From: Chloropicon primus
Taxonomy: Eukaryota
Assembly (NCBI GenBank): GCA_023205875.1
Contig: CP060755.1
Span: forward strand, 1,364,001 to 1,428,000
Direction of reading: 5' to 3'
DNA: 64,000 bases
Every line of letters begins with the position of its first letter. Positions within the stretch are counted from its first letter, which is position 1. The notes under the pieces are model-generated. The model searched no databases and was not told the DNA's origin. It was given only the letters and a program-made list of their open reading frames with translations. The position numbers and the translations under genes were made by a program. Shown one piece after another: positions 31,380-45,474 of the stretch.

Positions 31380-32321
31380 CTATTCTTGCTGGGAGTCCAC
31401 GGCACAGTCGTTCAGCGCGCAGCAGCAGACGGCCTTGCCGTGTCCACTGTAGACGCGAATGGCGTCGCCGTTGGACAAGTCCCACAGGCAGGCCGTGCAG
31501 TCGGAAGAAGCGCTCACGAGGTAGGCCGCGTCTACGGAGAAGACGCAGTCCCAGACCCACTTCTGATGCCCCTTGAGCGTCTGCTTGAGCTCGAAGTTCT
31601 CCAAACTCCACAACTTTATGGTCTTGTCGCTGCTGGTGGTCGCGAGGTGCTGGATGTCCGGGCTTATCAGGCACTTGAGTATGTACCCCTGGTGGGCCGC
31701 GAGCCTGTGCAGGGGCTCGAAGTGGGACACGCTCCCCGTCTTACTGATGAGGCGCCACACGAAGCAGGTCCCGTTGTTGTTCGCCGCCACAGCCAGGCTG
31801 CCGTCGTACGCCACGCTGATCGAGCGGATGGCCGTCCCGATCTCGGGGACAAGCTCGCAGCTGCAAGAACCCTTCGCGAGTTCCCAAACGCGCACGTTCC
31901 CGTTCTGATCGCCCGATATCAGCTCCTCCTCGTTCGGGTGCACGATCACCGAGTTCACGGCCGCCCGGCTCTCGTACTCCTGCTGGAAGTTCTTCGTCCG
32001 CAGGTCCCACAGCTTCACCGTCCCGTCCTCGGAGCCCGAGTACATGAGCTTGCTGTCCTTGTAGAAGCCCAGGGCAGTCACGTTCCCGGTGTGGCCCTCA
32101 TACGTGCTCAGGGGCTGCGGATTATTGGAGTTCACGTCGTACACCCTGATGTGCGGGTTCCCGGCCGCCGCTATCAGCCGCTTGTCCGCTGTTATTTCGA
32201 TGCGGTTTATCTGCGAGTCAGGGTTCTGGATAGTCCGGTAACACGACCCGCTTGTCGCTTCCCAGAAGCGCAGAGTGTGGTCATAACTCCCCGTCGCCAG
32301 CACCACGCTAGGACTCGGCAT
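31380..32321 (-). CDS. LST8: TOR complex subunit LST8 (WD40)
   Basis: [29 protein letters not shown] and [14 protein letters not shown] motifs. Confidence 0.95.
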   Translation of the reverse strand: MPSPSVVLATGSYDHTLRFWEATSGSCYRTIQNPDSQINRIEITADKRLIAAAGNPHIRVYDVNSNNPQPLSTYEGHTGNVTALGFYKDSKLMYSGSEDGTVKLWDLRTKNFQQEYESRAAVNSVIVHPNEEELISGDQNGNVRVWELAKGSCSCELVPEIGTAIRSISVAYDGSLAVAANNNGTCFVWRLISKTGSVSHFEPLHRLAAHQGYILKCLISPDIQHLATTSSDKTIKLWSLENFELKQTLKGHQKWVWDCVFSVDAAYLVSASSDCTACLWDLSNGDAIRVYSGHGKAVCCCALNDCAVDSQQE

Positions 32322-32803
32322 GACCCCCTCCCCCCGAGATCAGGCGCGCAAAGAAAAACACAAGAGGAAACGAAACCCCCGCGAACCTTCCCCTCGGCCA
32401 ATCCCCCTAGCCCACGCCGGCGTCGTCTGCCCAAGCCCTTCAAGCCAGTCGTCCTCCCAAACCCCGCAAGACAGTCCCAATATACTCTCCCCCCACTCGG
32501 TCTCCCAACCCTAGTGCCTTAGAGACAAGACAAGACAAGACAAGACAAGAGAACAACCCAAACCCAAACCCAAACCCAAACCGGTGATCGCCCGATCGAT
32601 GAAGCCTTGCTCGCGCTCGCTCGCTCGCTTTGTTTTCGTCGTTAGACGTTCCGGTCCGACGTCAGCCCCTCTTGCTTGCTTTTTGGGGTTCTCCAGAACT
32701 GGAGTCGTCGTCGTCGTCCGTCAACCGTGAAGAAGAGAAGAGGGAGAGACCAAGGGAAAGGGAAAGGGAAAGGGCTGTGATTGAGAGAGGAGGTTGAGGA
32801 CGG

Positions 32804-34153
32804 ATGAGCCAAGCGATCAGAGCTTGCTTCGCGAGGAACGTGTTACTTGCAGCAAGGGAGGCGAAGGGGAACAAAAGCGACTTTCTGTTGACTTGTGGCG
32901 GCTTGAGAAATCTTCCTGGTGCGTACTCGAGTGCGAGTGGAAGGCTCCAGTGCCGGTTGAGCGGAGAGAGCGACAAGGGGGACAAATTCCCTCACAAGCA
33001 TATGGTGGGGGGTATTGCTGACGCCATGAAGGTGGGCGACCAGACGGTCCTGACGAGGGACCGCGGTGGGTTCCGAGTCGTGACCCTCAACAGGCCCAAG
33101 GCGCTGAATGCGCTGAACGAGGAGATGATCCTGTCGCTGTACAAGCACTACAGTGCGTACGACGCGTCCGACCTCGTGACCGGCGTGCTCCTCAAGGGCG
33201 AGGGGAAAGCTTTCTGCGCGGGAGGGGACGTCAAGGCCGTCACGAAGCGTTACAAGGAGGGCTTTGAGAAGGAGGTGTTCAACTTCTTCAGGACCGAGTA
33301 TCAGCTCAACCACCTGATCGCGACAATGAGGACACCTTACGTTGCCGTTATGGACGGAGTGACCATGGGCGGGGGTGCCGGGGTCTCGATCCACGGAGAC
33401 TTCAGGATCGCGACGGAGAAGACCCTGTTCGCCATGCCTGAGTGCGCCCTCGGGCTCTTCACTGACGTGGGAGCCACGCACTTTTTGACCCACAAGACGA
33501 GGTACGAGCTCGGGGTCTACTTGGCCATGTGCGGCGCGAGGGTGAGGGGCCGCGAGCTGGTTGACATCGGGATCGCGACCCACTTTGTTCCGAGCTTCAA
33601 GCTGGACGAGCTGGAGGGCCGCCTGGGGGACGCCAGGTGGGGAGGAAGAGACAAGGACCTCGTGAGGCGGATGATCGAGGAGGTGGCTGATCCTCACGAC
33701 AAGGTGGACTTGGGGGACGGGGGCAAGGAGATGTCCGTCGACCCAATCGTGGCGCACAGGTCGGAAATCATTGAGGTTTTCGCCCTCGATACCATCGAGG
33801 AGATCTGCGAGGAGCTCTCCAAGAGGGCGAGCCAGGGTGTCAAGTGGTGCGAGGACGCTCACAAGGCCATCATGAGGTCCTCCCCCATGTCGCTGAAGGT
33901 GACCCTCGAGGCCCTGAAGAGATCCCGCAACTCGAGCTTGGAGGACGCCTTGAAGATGGAGTTCAGAATTTTGCACGGTTTCATGGAGGGCAACGACTTC
34001 TACGAGGGCGTCCGCGCCATCTTGGTCGAGAAGGACAACAAGCCCACTTGGAAACCAGCCAGCCTGGAGGAGGCCACGGCAGAGATGGTGGACGCGTACT
34101 TTGCTGATTGGGGCGATGAGCTCGAGTTTCACGCAAAGCCAGCCAAGCTCTGA
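32804..34153 (+). CDS. HIBCH: 3-hydroxyisobutyryl-CoA hydrolase (crotonase family)
   Basis: LNRPKALNAL, AFCAGGDV, MGGGAGVS, FAMPECALG and DFYEGVRAILVEKD motifs; C-terminal AKL. Confidence 0.93.
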   Translation: MSQAIRACFARNVLLAAREAKGNKSDFLLTCGGLRNLPGAYSSASGRLQCRLSGESDKGDKFPHKHMVGGIADAMKVGDQTVLTRDRGGFRVVTLNRPKALNALNEEMILSLYKHYSAYDASDLVTGVLLKGEGKAFCAGGDVKAVTKRYKEGFEKEVFNFFRTEYQLNHLIATMRTPYVAVMDGVTMGGGAGVSIHGDFRIATEKTLFAMPECALGLFTDVGATHFLTHKTRYELGVYLAMCGARVRGRELVDIGIATHFVPSFKLDELEGRLGDARWGGRDKDLVRRMIEEVADPHDKVDLGDGGKEMSVDPIVAHRSEIIEVFALDTIEEICEELSKRASQGVKWCEDAHKAIMRSSPMSLKVTLEALKRSRNSSLEDALKMEFRILHGFMEGNDFYEGVRAILVEKDNKPTWKPASLEEATAEMVDAYFADWGDELEFHAKPAKL

Positions 34154-34226
34154 ACCTCTGGGGAAAGGACACAGAAAGTTTTGAATTGGAACCTGACAAC
34201 ATAATCATATTTAATATTTTTGGCTC

Positions 34227-35850
34227 TTACTTCCCAAGGATTTTCTCTCTCTGCCTTTCCAGCTCCTCCAGCACCTCTTCCTCTGGCCTATAAATCAAGT
34301 CATTCATTCTCCACACCTGGAGGGTCCCCCCTCCTCCTCGGAGCGAGTTATCGTTGGACGTGCTCAGGATCGTCCAAGGGTCCTCCGGGTTCCACTGGAA
34401 GTCTCCAACCTCCGCCCGGTGCCCGACATGCTGGAAAAGAAGCTGCGGCGGGACATCGCTGGACTTCGAATGGGTCTTTCCCATGTCCCATACATTCAGC
34501 ACGCCGTCCTCCGCCGAGGAGGCGAAGACCCCCTTCTGGTTTGGACACCACTCCACGCAGAGGATCCCTTTGGTGTGATGCGTCAGCCGAATTAACTCGT
34601 TGCGCTTGGCGCCCGTGCCACTCGACAGCTTCCTCCTGTCGAACACCTTGACCACAGCATTGGACGTTCCGGTCAGCACAAGATTTTCGTCCTGTCCGCA
34701 CCAGTCCACACTCTGCACGTCACCGTCATCCGCGTCAATTACAGAAAGCACCTCCCCAGACCCCGCCCTGGCATCCCAAAACCTTACGCTCTTGTCATCC
34801 CCCACAGAGACCAACTCGTGGCTGTTCTTTGGGTGGAAAGCAACGTCTTCCACTGTGTCCGCGTGCCCCTCGAAAGCTATCCTGGGCGCGAGAGTGGGGG
34901 ACACCAGGCCCCCGTATCCCCCGCTCGTGACTGACGACCTCTCCTTGTTGTGCCCGAGGAGGGTGCTCACCTCGTCGCCGATGGACCACAACAGCACCAG
35001 CTTGTCCTTGCCACCGCTGGCAAAGGAGTAGTCCTGGGAGCTCGCCGCGAGAGCGTACTCTGCGTTGTCCTTGTGGCCCTCCAGAATCATGTCAGCCTGG
35101 GAAAGTTGCCGGTAGTCCTTGTCCGCTGTCCGATCGGGCTGCTTTTCCATGTTCCAGAGGTACGTCCAACAGGAGTCCGTGTGCGTCGCAACGATGCTTT
35201 TGTCCAAAGGGCTCTCCCTTATCCTGTTCACCTCGCCCGGGTGGTAGATCTGCTTCTTGATCTTGATAAAGGGCGACCGGCTCAGATCGAGAAACGTGGA
35301 GAGCGAGTCCCCGGAGGCCACCTTGGGCTTGATCACATCGGCGTGGCCCACGAGAAGCTTGTTCACGTCAGTCGTCCCCACCGACGCTGGATCAGTTTGC
35401 TCGGACAGGTAGATCTTTTGCCTTCTCTTGTACTTTTCTTCCTTCTCCACGGGGCCCCACCTTCACGCACGCAACGCGGAGAGAGTTGGAACAACGCAGA
35501 GAGAGAGTTGTCAGGAGCCAGAAACAAACTCGGAACTCGGATCTGGTTCCTCATCCCGGGGCCAAGGGGCTCGGGAAACCCCTCCAGGTCCCCCGCAAGG
35601 TCTCTCCCGGGGCCCTCGACAGCCTCACCAGCCTCACAAGGGGCGCAACTTACCTGCAAGATAGGGAAGGCCACACCGTGTGGTGGTTCGTAAAGAAATC
35701 GTAGATGTACGGAATAAGCGTCTTCCACTTGTCGTAGGCTTGGGGGTCGTTCAAGTAGTTCGGCTCCCGCTCCGCCTTAGAGGCCTCCTGCCCCTCGCAT
35801 AGCTTGATCCTCTTCTCCCCAGGCATCTCCTCCTCCTCCTTGGTCACCAT
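34227..35850 (-). CDS. MSI4: Histone-binding WD40 protein MSI4/FVE (RBBP4 family); intron 35461-35653
   Basis: Spliced sequence WKTLIPYIYD...WPSLSCR|WGP...QKIYLSEQTD; HPGEVNRIRE; GGGGTLQVWRMNDLIYRPEEEVL. Confidence 0.92.
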
Positions 35851-36029
35851 CACTCCCGTTTCCTTCCCGCGACGCCTCCCTCTCAAGTTTCGCGCCGGGA
35901 AAATTCACTCCGCCGAGAACCGTTTCAGTCGTCGACCGTTTTCACTTTTTTCCTTTGCTGCTTCCGCGGACCTTTTAGGGTTTGATTGATTGAGAAGGTT
36001 TGGGTACGGGGTTGCGGGGATACGAGAAG

Positions 36030-37193
36030 ATGGCGAGGTACGTCGGATGCCTGTCGCGTTCGATGGGGAGGGCACGGGATGGACCCCTCAGGGCGTCGGC
36101 GCTCTCGTTGTGGAGGGGGAAGAGCAGCAGCAGCAGTTTCCTCCACCCGGTGCCGGAGGAGGACACCACCCCGAGAGGGAGGCCCTCCGTGGAGCTCAGG
36201 AACGACTGGACGGTGGAGGAGGTTGGACGCCTGTACCACACGCCCTTGCTGGAGCTCGTCTTCAACGCGGCGGCGGTTCACCGGGAGTGCCACGACCCCA
36301 AGCAGGTGCAGAAATGCACCCTGCTGAGCGTCAAGACCGGGGGGTGCCCGGAGGACTGCAAGTACTGCAGCCAGTCCAGCAAGTGGTCCAAGTCCACCGG
36401 AACCAAGGCCACGCCGTTGATGCAGGTCGAAGAGGTTCTGGAGAACGCCAGGCGAGCAAAGGAGGCCGGCTCAACGCGTTTTTGCCTGGGCGCGGCGTGG
36501 CGCGGCACCTCCCAGGTGGGGCCGCGGCAGTTCGACAGGGTTCTGAGGATGATAGAGGGGGTGAACGACCTCGGGATGGAGTGCTGCGCGACCCTCGGCC
36601 TGTGTTCGCGTGAGGACGCCCACAAGCTCAAGCAGGCCGGCCTCACGGCCTACAACCATAACCTCGACACCAGCAAGGAGCACTACGAGACGATAATCTC
36701 CACGAGGAAGTACTCGGACCGCCTCAAGACCTTGCAGAACATCAGGGACGCCGGCATCAGCGTGTGCTGCGGGGGGATCCTCGGGCTGGGGGAGACGGAA
36801 GACGACAGGATTTCCCTCCTGCACACCCTCGCCACGCTCCCTAGCCACCCGGAATCCGTTCCGGTGAACTCCCTGGTGCCGGTGGACGGTACCCCCCTAG
36901 CCGCCAAGCTGCAGGAAGCGAACTCGAAGCAAACTTCGACCCTGGAGCTCGTGAGGTACATTGCGGCAGCCAGGATTTTGATGCCCTACAGCATTGTGAG
37001 GCTCTCGGCAGGAAGAATCTCCATGGGGAAGTCTGACCAGGCCTTCTGCTTCCTTGCTGGAGCAAACTCGATCTTCACGGGAGACAAGCTTCTGACGACC
37101 CCCAACAACGACTTTGGGGACGACGAGGCGATGTTCGAGGAGTTGGGGCTGGAAGGCCGCCCGCCCTTCACGTACCAGAGGAATGACGCATGA
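36030..37193 (+). CDS. BIO2: Biotin synthase (radical SAM), mitochondrial
   Basis: KTGGCPEDCKYCSQS (CxxxCxxC), YNHNLDTS, HPESVPVN and AGANSIFTGDKLLTT motifs. Confidence 0.96.
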   Translation: MARYVGCLSRSMGRARDGPLRASALSLWRGKSSSSSFLHPVPEEDTTPRGRPSVELRNDWTVEEVGRLYHTPLLELVFNAAAVHRECHDPKQVQKCTLLSVKTGGCPEDCKYCSQSSKWSKSTGTKATPLMQVEEVLENARRAKEAGSTRFCLGAAWRGTSQVGPRQFDRVLRMIEGVNDLGMECCATLGLCSREDAHKLKQAGLTAYNHNLDTSKEHYETIISTRKYSDRLKTLQNIRDAGISVCCGGILGLGETEDDRISLLHTLATLPSHPESVPVNSLVPVDGTPLAAKLQEANSKQTSTLELVRYIAAARILMPYSIVRLSAGRISMGKSDQAFCFLAGANSIFTGDKLLTTPNNDFGDDEAMFEELGLEGRPPFTYQRNDA

Positions 37194-37238
37194 AGCAAAA
37201 CGAAATACTGAACAAGATAAAACAATACAAAAAAGAAC

Positions 37239-38769
37239 TCAACCAAAGATCCGTGCGTTTGCTAAAACCTCTAGCCTCTCCCGCGTCGAAGTCATCTCGA
37301 TGATTTTGGCGGTATCCACCTGCTGGATCGTCGAAAGAATTGAACCCACCCAGAAGCTCAGATCCTCGGCGTACTTTGCGCGAGCACTCCTCACCAGAGG
37401 TTGAGGGTCAACCTCTTCGGGTTTGCAAGGCCCGATGTCTGGTTTGTTTGAGGTGGAGCGCAGCAAGGCGTGCAAGACCGCGCTCATCTGCCCACCAGCC
37501 CTCTGTCTCATGCTATCCAGGAGGTCATCCGCCTTCTTACCCACTTCCCTTGCCAGCTCAAAAACCTCGTTGACATCGCTTTCCTCCTTGTCCGTTAAGT
37601 ACTCTGACGTGGCGAGCCGATATCCATCCTGCTCCTCGCACTTGCTGACTTTGAACCTTCGCGTGCCTGCCACCTCTATGTGAAAACGCCCATCCGGCAA
37701 GCAATCGCACTGAACGATCTCCACTTCGCAGCCAATGCTCAGGAGGTTGCTTCCCCTGTGCAGGCCTATCATGCCAAAGGTTTGGGAGGAACCCATGGCC
37801 CGCCGAATCAGCAGCCGGTACCTGGGCTCGAAGATGTTCAGTGCCATCCTTTGGTGCGGCAGCACAACGTCCATCACGAACAGGGGAATCATCACTTTTC
37901 CCGCCTCGTCCGCTTTCTTCTCCTTCTCCTCCTCCCCCCTACGCTCGTATTCTGCCTTAAAATTCTTCTCGATGATGTTCTTCAGGGTCACGTTGACTGC
38001 CAGCTTCGTCGTGACGATGAACAAGACCGTCCTGCACGCAGGGCACCTGTTGCCATAGTCCTGGCTCCTGAGGAGGCAGCTTCTGCAAAAAGTGTGGCCG
38101 CAGCAGGTCGTGACAGGCTCGTAAAATAGTTTGAAACAGAGCGAGCACTCAAAGTCGTCCGCAGCAAGGTGGGCTTCGGGCCTGCCAGCCTTAGTGCCCA
38201 TCTCCTTGTCCAACCTCTCCAACCTTTCCTTGATCCTCTTGTCGCTTGGATCCAAGGACAGAGCTTTCAGGTACGATCCACGGCTCGCCCCGAAGCTTTC
38301 CGCGAGCTCCAACGCGCGACCCTTACAGAAGTGGAATCCGGCGTTGTTGCTGACATCCATCTTCAGTGCGGCTTTCTCCACATCCGCAAGGCCTCGCTCC
38401 GCGATCTGGAGGGGATCCATCCCGTACAGCGCGTGAGACTCCGAGAGCGTCGCTGGCCGATTACTGAAGCAAGGCAAAGAATGAATCGAACCCAAAGCCG
38501 TCAGTCCTCCAAGTTTCACCGAACAAAGCCAAGCCAAGCGAAAGGTAAGCTCACCGTATCTTCTCGCAAATCTTCACGAACGTCTGCGCCCGGAGCAGGT
38601 AAACTTCTGCTGCCTTCTTCCCATCCGCCCCGCTACCTACTTCCAGCGCCGCTGTGAACTTCTCCAGCGCCTCCTCCTCCCTCCCTTCCTCCCCCAGGAG
38701 CTCTTTCCCGACTTCCACCAGATCCTCCATCTCCTGCACATGAACGACGTCAGCCTCTTCCTTTTCCAT
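37239..38769 (-). CDS. TPR + RING finger + LON N-terminal domain protein (LONRF-like E3 ligase); intron 38464-38554
   Basis: CSLCFKLFYEPVTTCCGHTFCRSCL...CPACR RING; LNIFEPRYRLLIRR and LPDGRF LON motifs; in-frame GTGAG...TTCAG splice. Confidence 0.9.
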
Positions 38770-38977
38770 CCAGAAGGGACGTCTAGAGCGGGCGAGGTTG
38801 GCCCTTGGTTTGGGGACCGAAGGAGGGACGAGGGCGCGACCCAAGTGTGGTTTGACAGGGAGAAGGTTTAGTCTCCTCTTTGATTCTGTGACTGTTATTG
38901 TCTCGGGGACTGCGTGCGCGTGTGCTTGGGCGTTTGGTTTAGGCGTGTGGGGTGTGTGATCAAAACGTTCAATAAAT

Positions 38978-40207
38978 ATGATTGTGAGGTTGAGGTCGAG
39001 GGACGGGATGGAGAGGGTGAAGGTGCGCGACGGAGCGAGCTTGAGAGACTTGAGGAGCGCCATCGAGGAGGTGACGGGGGTGCCGAGCAACGAGCAGAGG
39101 CTGTCGGAGGACCAGAATCTCCTGAAGCCGGGCGAGTCTGGGAAGGTGAAGCTCTTGGATAGCACGCAAGGACTGAAGCATGGCTCCATGGTGTACCTGG
39201 CGTACGGCTACGAGAGGGACGTTCCCGCTGCGACGAGGAAGAGCCAATTCGAGGAGAGGGCGTTTGGGACGTCCATGACCGTGGCGGAAATGATCGCCAA
39301 GCAGACGCGGATAGAGCGCCAGGAGCAGGCGGACTGTGCCTCCGTTTCCCTTGAGAGGCACGCCGCCAACGCTTTCCAGCTCTACGTGAACCAGGGCATA
39401 GCCTTCTCGATCAAGCGCTGCGGCTTCATGTACGGCACGGTGGACGAGGAGAAGAACGTGCGGGTGGAGTTCATCTACGAGCCGCCCCAGGATGGCTCGA
39501 AGAATGAGATCCTCGTGCACGCCCAAGGGACGGAGGAGTTGGACAAGGTGGAGACCATCGTGGGCCTGCTGGGACTGAAGAGGGTGGGTTACATTTTCTC
39601 GCAGAGCTCGGAGGAGAAGGACTACCTCATCTCCACCCAGGAGCTCGCTGAGATGGCCAACATGCAGGAGGAGTTTGGGGACACCTTTGTCACCGCAGTT
39701 GTCTCGATGGTTCACTCGGAGGAAGGAGTGGACATCCACTTCGAGGCTTACCAGTGCACGAGGCAGTGCGTCAAGCTTCGGAGCGAGGGCTGGTTCAAAA
39801 TGGACGAGGATGAGGTGAAGCATTCCGGGGTTTCGACACTGGTGGACCCAAGGGAGCCTGCCAAGGAGAAGCCCGTGATTGTTGCCGGCAAGGACACAAA
39901 CAGGGTGGACAACGAGTGGTTCCTTTGCCCCGTGAAGATCCTTGACCATGAAGGCTTGTTCACATCTGATTTTGCGGTCGAGAACAGACTCACTGCGCAG
40001 GACACGGGCGAGCTCAAGGCTTACCTGAAGCAAAGAACGGGCAAGCCCTTCGTCAGGACGCTCTCCGACTTTCACCTGCTCCTCTTCCTGGCCAAGAACT
40101 CCAACATGGACGCCAACGATATTGCTCTCATCGTGCAAGCTGTTGCCAGCCAAAGCGACCCGGGAGAAGGATACAAAATAATAATCGAAAGCTTGGCCGG
40201 AATCTAA
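38978..40207 (+). CDS. NPL4: NPL4-like protein (Cdc48 cofactor)
   Basis: MIVRLRSRDGMERV ubiquitin-like N-terminus; KRCGFMYG, FIYEPPQ and LSDFHLLL motifs. Confidence 0.92.
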   Translation: MIVRLRSRDGMERVKVRDGASLRDLRSAIEEVTGVPSNEQRLSEDQNLLKPGESGKVKLLDSTQGLKHGSMVYLAYGYERDVPAATRKSQFEERAFGTSMTVAEMIAKQTRIERQEQADCASVSLERHAANAFQLYVNQGIAFSIKRCGFMYGTVDEEKNVRVEFIYEPPQDGSKNEILVHAQGTEELDKVETIVGLLGLKRVGYIFSQSSEEKDYLISTQELAEMANMQEEFGDTFVTAVVSMVHSEEGVDIHFEAYQCTRQCVKLRSEGWFKMDEDEVKHSGVSTLVDPREPAKEKPVIVAGKDTNRVDNEWFLCPVKILDHEGLFTSDFAVENRLTAQDTGELKAYLKQRTGKPFVRTLSDFHLLLFLAKNSNMDANDIALIVQAVASQSDPGEGYKIIIESLAGI

Positions 40208-40245
40208 AAGTATTTCTTTACAGCATTTGCAACCCGCCGTATTTT

Positions 40246-42690
40246 TTAGGTCTTGGTTCTTGTTCGATCGAAGAAGCCTGCGCCGCAGTACCGCTCAGCG
40301 TCGAGCTCCTTGATGTCATCTGGGGCATGCTTAGTCCCGTGCCCGGCACCAGCGAACTTCCTGAACTGCTCAATGTTTGCGAGCAAGTGGTGGGTCGTCC
40401 AGCTCAACTGATCAAGAGCCTGGGAGGTTATGTTTCTCCTCCCACCGGGTTCCGCGACGTTGATCAGCCTCTCCGTCGCAGCCTCCCACGTCAGCCTGTA
40501 CCTGTCCTCCTTGCTCAAGGGGTGGGGATCCTCGTTCATGGCCTTGTTCAGGCATTGCGAGAATTCCTGCTCTGACTTGTACACCAAGCAATTCGGAAAC
40601 TGCGAGAAGAAGTGGTTGGAAGGGTGCTCTGCCACGATCACAAACTTTCCCATGGCAAGGGCCTCGGCCGTAGTGGTGGCAACGACATCGCTCAGGCTAG
40701 GGTTGATGAAAACCTTGTAGTCCCTGAAGGAGCGGTCCTGGTGGTCTTTCGCTCCGAGGAAGTTCAACGACAGGCCATCATTTCGGGCCCTGGAGACAAT
40801 GTCGTCAAAGTCCGGCCCGCTGCCGTAAACATCAAGCGGGATGTTGGAACCAAAGTTCTTCTTGTGCCTGGACAGAAGGTCCAGAAGCTCCGAGTAACCT
40901 TTGGCCCAAAGGGCTTTACCCATGAAGTAGACCCCCTTGCTGAACCTTTTCCTCTCGTTCGAGCCCGCTGCATCCTTGGGGGAAGCCTCGCTGCTCTCCA
41001 AAAACTTAGGAGAGACCCCATGCACGTTGCAGATCTCTGACTTTGGGAGGTGCTGGACTGCGCCCGAAAGCTTGATGACCTTGTCGCAATACGCCCTGCA
41101 GACAAGGCTGTTGATGCTCTTGACGATGTTCTTCTTGATGTGCCCTCCCTCTTCCCTGCTGACGTAGTCCAAGTAATTCGTGTGGACGATTCCTACGACA
41201 TACTGGAACTTCTTGTTCCACCTTCGACCGGGATGGTACCAGTTCAGGTGCTCAGGCTCCTCCAGGATGGCGATATCTGCCTCCCTATCCGGGACGCACT
41301 TCGTAATGTCGCCGATGGGAAGCAAGCTCCCCTTCTCCTTTGCGTACATGGCCGGGTAGAACTTGATCTTGAAGTTGGGCTCAAAGGGGACCCTCTTCTT
41401 GATCCAGTCCATCACGTAGGCCTCCTGCTGCTCCGGGTTCTCGAACACGATGTTATGCGGATAGACGTCGCTCTGGTCGCTCGGAGAGAGCCAAGGCACC
41501 ACGAGCGTGACCTTCTTGTTAAGCCGAGACAGGTATGCCGCCCGCAGGAGGGGGTTCACCGCCGTTCCGGTCATCCAAGGCAGGGACGCTGTGGTGAAGA
41601 TGTTCACAAAGTTGCCGTTGTCCTTGAGCGACACGTTGACCTGGCCCCTCTTCCTCTTGCCCTTCTTCTCGCTCGCTTCCAGCTGCTTCTGGGACACCTG
41701 CAAGGCAATCTCGTCCACGGACTTCTCCCACGCTCTCAGCACCCCCGGAAGGATGCTCCAGGGGACCACTGTGTCGCTCTTGCCCGTGCTGCTGCTGGCC
41801 GAGCCGTTGCTGCTCGAGGTGCTCGAGGTGCTCGAGGGCGTCCTCAAGAGCCGTGGGTACCCGTCCAGGCCCTTTGAGGCGATCTCCTGAAAGGAGCTGC
41901 CGAAGTCCGCGAGCGAGGCGCGGAGGGTCGCGGACGCCTTTGCGAGGGGCTCAAAGTCCTCGGCGCCAAAGTAGGACTGGCTCCTGCCCTTCGGCCCGCC
42001 CCGGTCCCCTCCCTGGGAGGAAGCGAGCTTCCCCCCGCTCTCCCTGCCCTGCTGGTACAGGTTCAGGTTCTTGCCCATCCTGTAGTTGACGTACTTTTGG
42101 ATCTTCAGGGCGGCCGCCTCGGTGGTCAGCTGGTCCCTCTGGTCCCTGAGGTGCAGCTCGGTCTCCGACATGGACCGCCTGGACTTCCTGATCGGGACGA
42201 CGTTGCTCCTGTTCAGCAAGTCCCTCAGCGCAAACTCCTCGTTGGTCTTGCTCATCGCCTTCTCGAGCTTCCTCCTCTGCCTGCTCGAGAAGGTCTTCCA
42301 GTTGCCCTTCACCTCGTCCCAGCCCCAGCCCTCGGACCAGCCCAGCGTTGCCACGCCCTCAGGGGAGGAGCCCGCGCCTCCCGCCGGTCTCCACAGGGAC
42401 TCCAGGTTCGTCACGAAGGAGGACCCGCGCCTCACGTTCCCGACGCGGCCCCGAGGGACGAGGGCGTCGGACTGGGAGCTCGACGCGAAGAGCGCCGGCC
42501 CGCTCGCCCGGCCCACGCCCCCGAACCTCCTCGAAATCAACTTGGCGACGGAGAAGTAAGTCCTCTCCTCCACTTGCTCTATCCCGGGGGCGGCCTTCGG
42601 GGGCGGAGAGGGGTTCTCGCTCGTCGTCGCCGCCCCCCCTCGAGCGCCGCGTCGGGTGGATCCCTCGCCTCGAGACTCCGTCGTCGTCAT
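40246..42690 (-). CDS. DGD1: Digalactosyldiacylglycerol synthase 1 with N-terminal extension
   Basis: IFTTASLPWMTGTAVNPLLRAAYL, ILEEPEHLNWYH, HTNYLDY and SDVVATTTAEALAMGK motifs. Confidence 0.95.
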   Translation of the reverse strand: MTTTESRGEGSTRRGARGGAATTSENPSPPPKAAPGIEQVEERTYFSVAKLISRRFGGVGRASGPALFASSSQSDALVPRGRVGNVRRGSSFVTNLESLWRPAGGAGSSPEGVATLGWSEGWGWDEVKGNWKTFSSRQRRKLEKAMSKTNEEFALRDLLNRSNVVPIRKSRRSMSETELHLRDQRDQLTTEAAALKIQKYVNYRMGKNLNLYQQGRESGGKLASSQGGDRGGPKGRSQSYFGAEDFEPLAKASATLRASLADFGSSFQEIASKGLDGYPRLLRTPSSTSSTSSSNGSASSSTGKSDTVVPWSILPGVLRAWEKSVDEIALQVSQKQLEASEKKGKRKRGQVNVSLKDNGNFVNIFTTASLPWMTGTAVNPLLRAAYLSRLNKKVTLVVPWLSPSDQSDVYPHNIVFENPEQQEAYVMDWIKKRVPFEPNFKIKFYPAMYAKEKGSLLPIGDITKCVPDREADIAILEEPEHLNWYHPGRRWNKKFQYVVGIVHTNYLDYVSREEGGHIKKNIVKSINSLVCRAYCDKVIKLSGAVQHLPKSEICNVHGVSPKFLESSEASPKDAAGSNERKRFSKGVYFMGKALWAKGYSELLDLLSRHKKNFGSNIPLDVYGSGPDFDDIVSRARNDGLSLNFLGAKDHQDRSFRDYKVFINPSLSDVVATTTAEALAMGKFVIVAEHPSNHFFSQFPNCLVYKSEQEFSQCLNKAMNEDPHPLSKEDRYRLTWEAATERLINVAEPGGRRNITSQALDQLSWTTHHLLANIEQFRKFAGAGHGTKHAPDDIKELDAERYCGAGFFDRTRTKT

Positions 42691-43028
42691 CTCGCGAGAA
42701 GATGTCAAGTCACGGCCTGCTCGCTTTCACGCTCCTCTCCCTCTCTCCCTCTCCCTCTCTCTCTCAACCCGCTCCGCACGGCGTCACGCCGCGCCCTCCG
42801 CCTGACCCAAGTGATCAGCGCAAACCTCGTCCCTTCTCTCCCCGTCCTCGCCCTCGTCCGCGCGCGACTTGACCCTCTCTCTCTCTCTCTGCCTCGTGCG
42901 CCTCGCGGCACACTCCTCTTCCCCCTCACACTCCTCCGCTCGTTGATTGGTCTCTCATCCATTGAAATTGTCCCGTGCGTTCGGAGATCGTGGATCTCCT
43001 GCGGAGATAGCCGCTGATGAATCTGTGA

Positions 43029-45366
<2,338 letters not shown>

Positions 45367-45474
45367 GAAGCGAGTAGGAGGTTCCTTGCGTGCTCCTTGT
45401 GTCTTTGTATACAAAATCTGTTTTTTTTTCAATAATACTGCTGGTTCTAGATGTGGTTTTCCTTTTCTGTCCCC

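Noticed and set aside
32555..32582. (AAACCC)n tract as an interstitial telomere
   Set aside because: Lacks the T of plant-type CCCTAAA, has about four units, and sits among other simple promoter microsatellites
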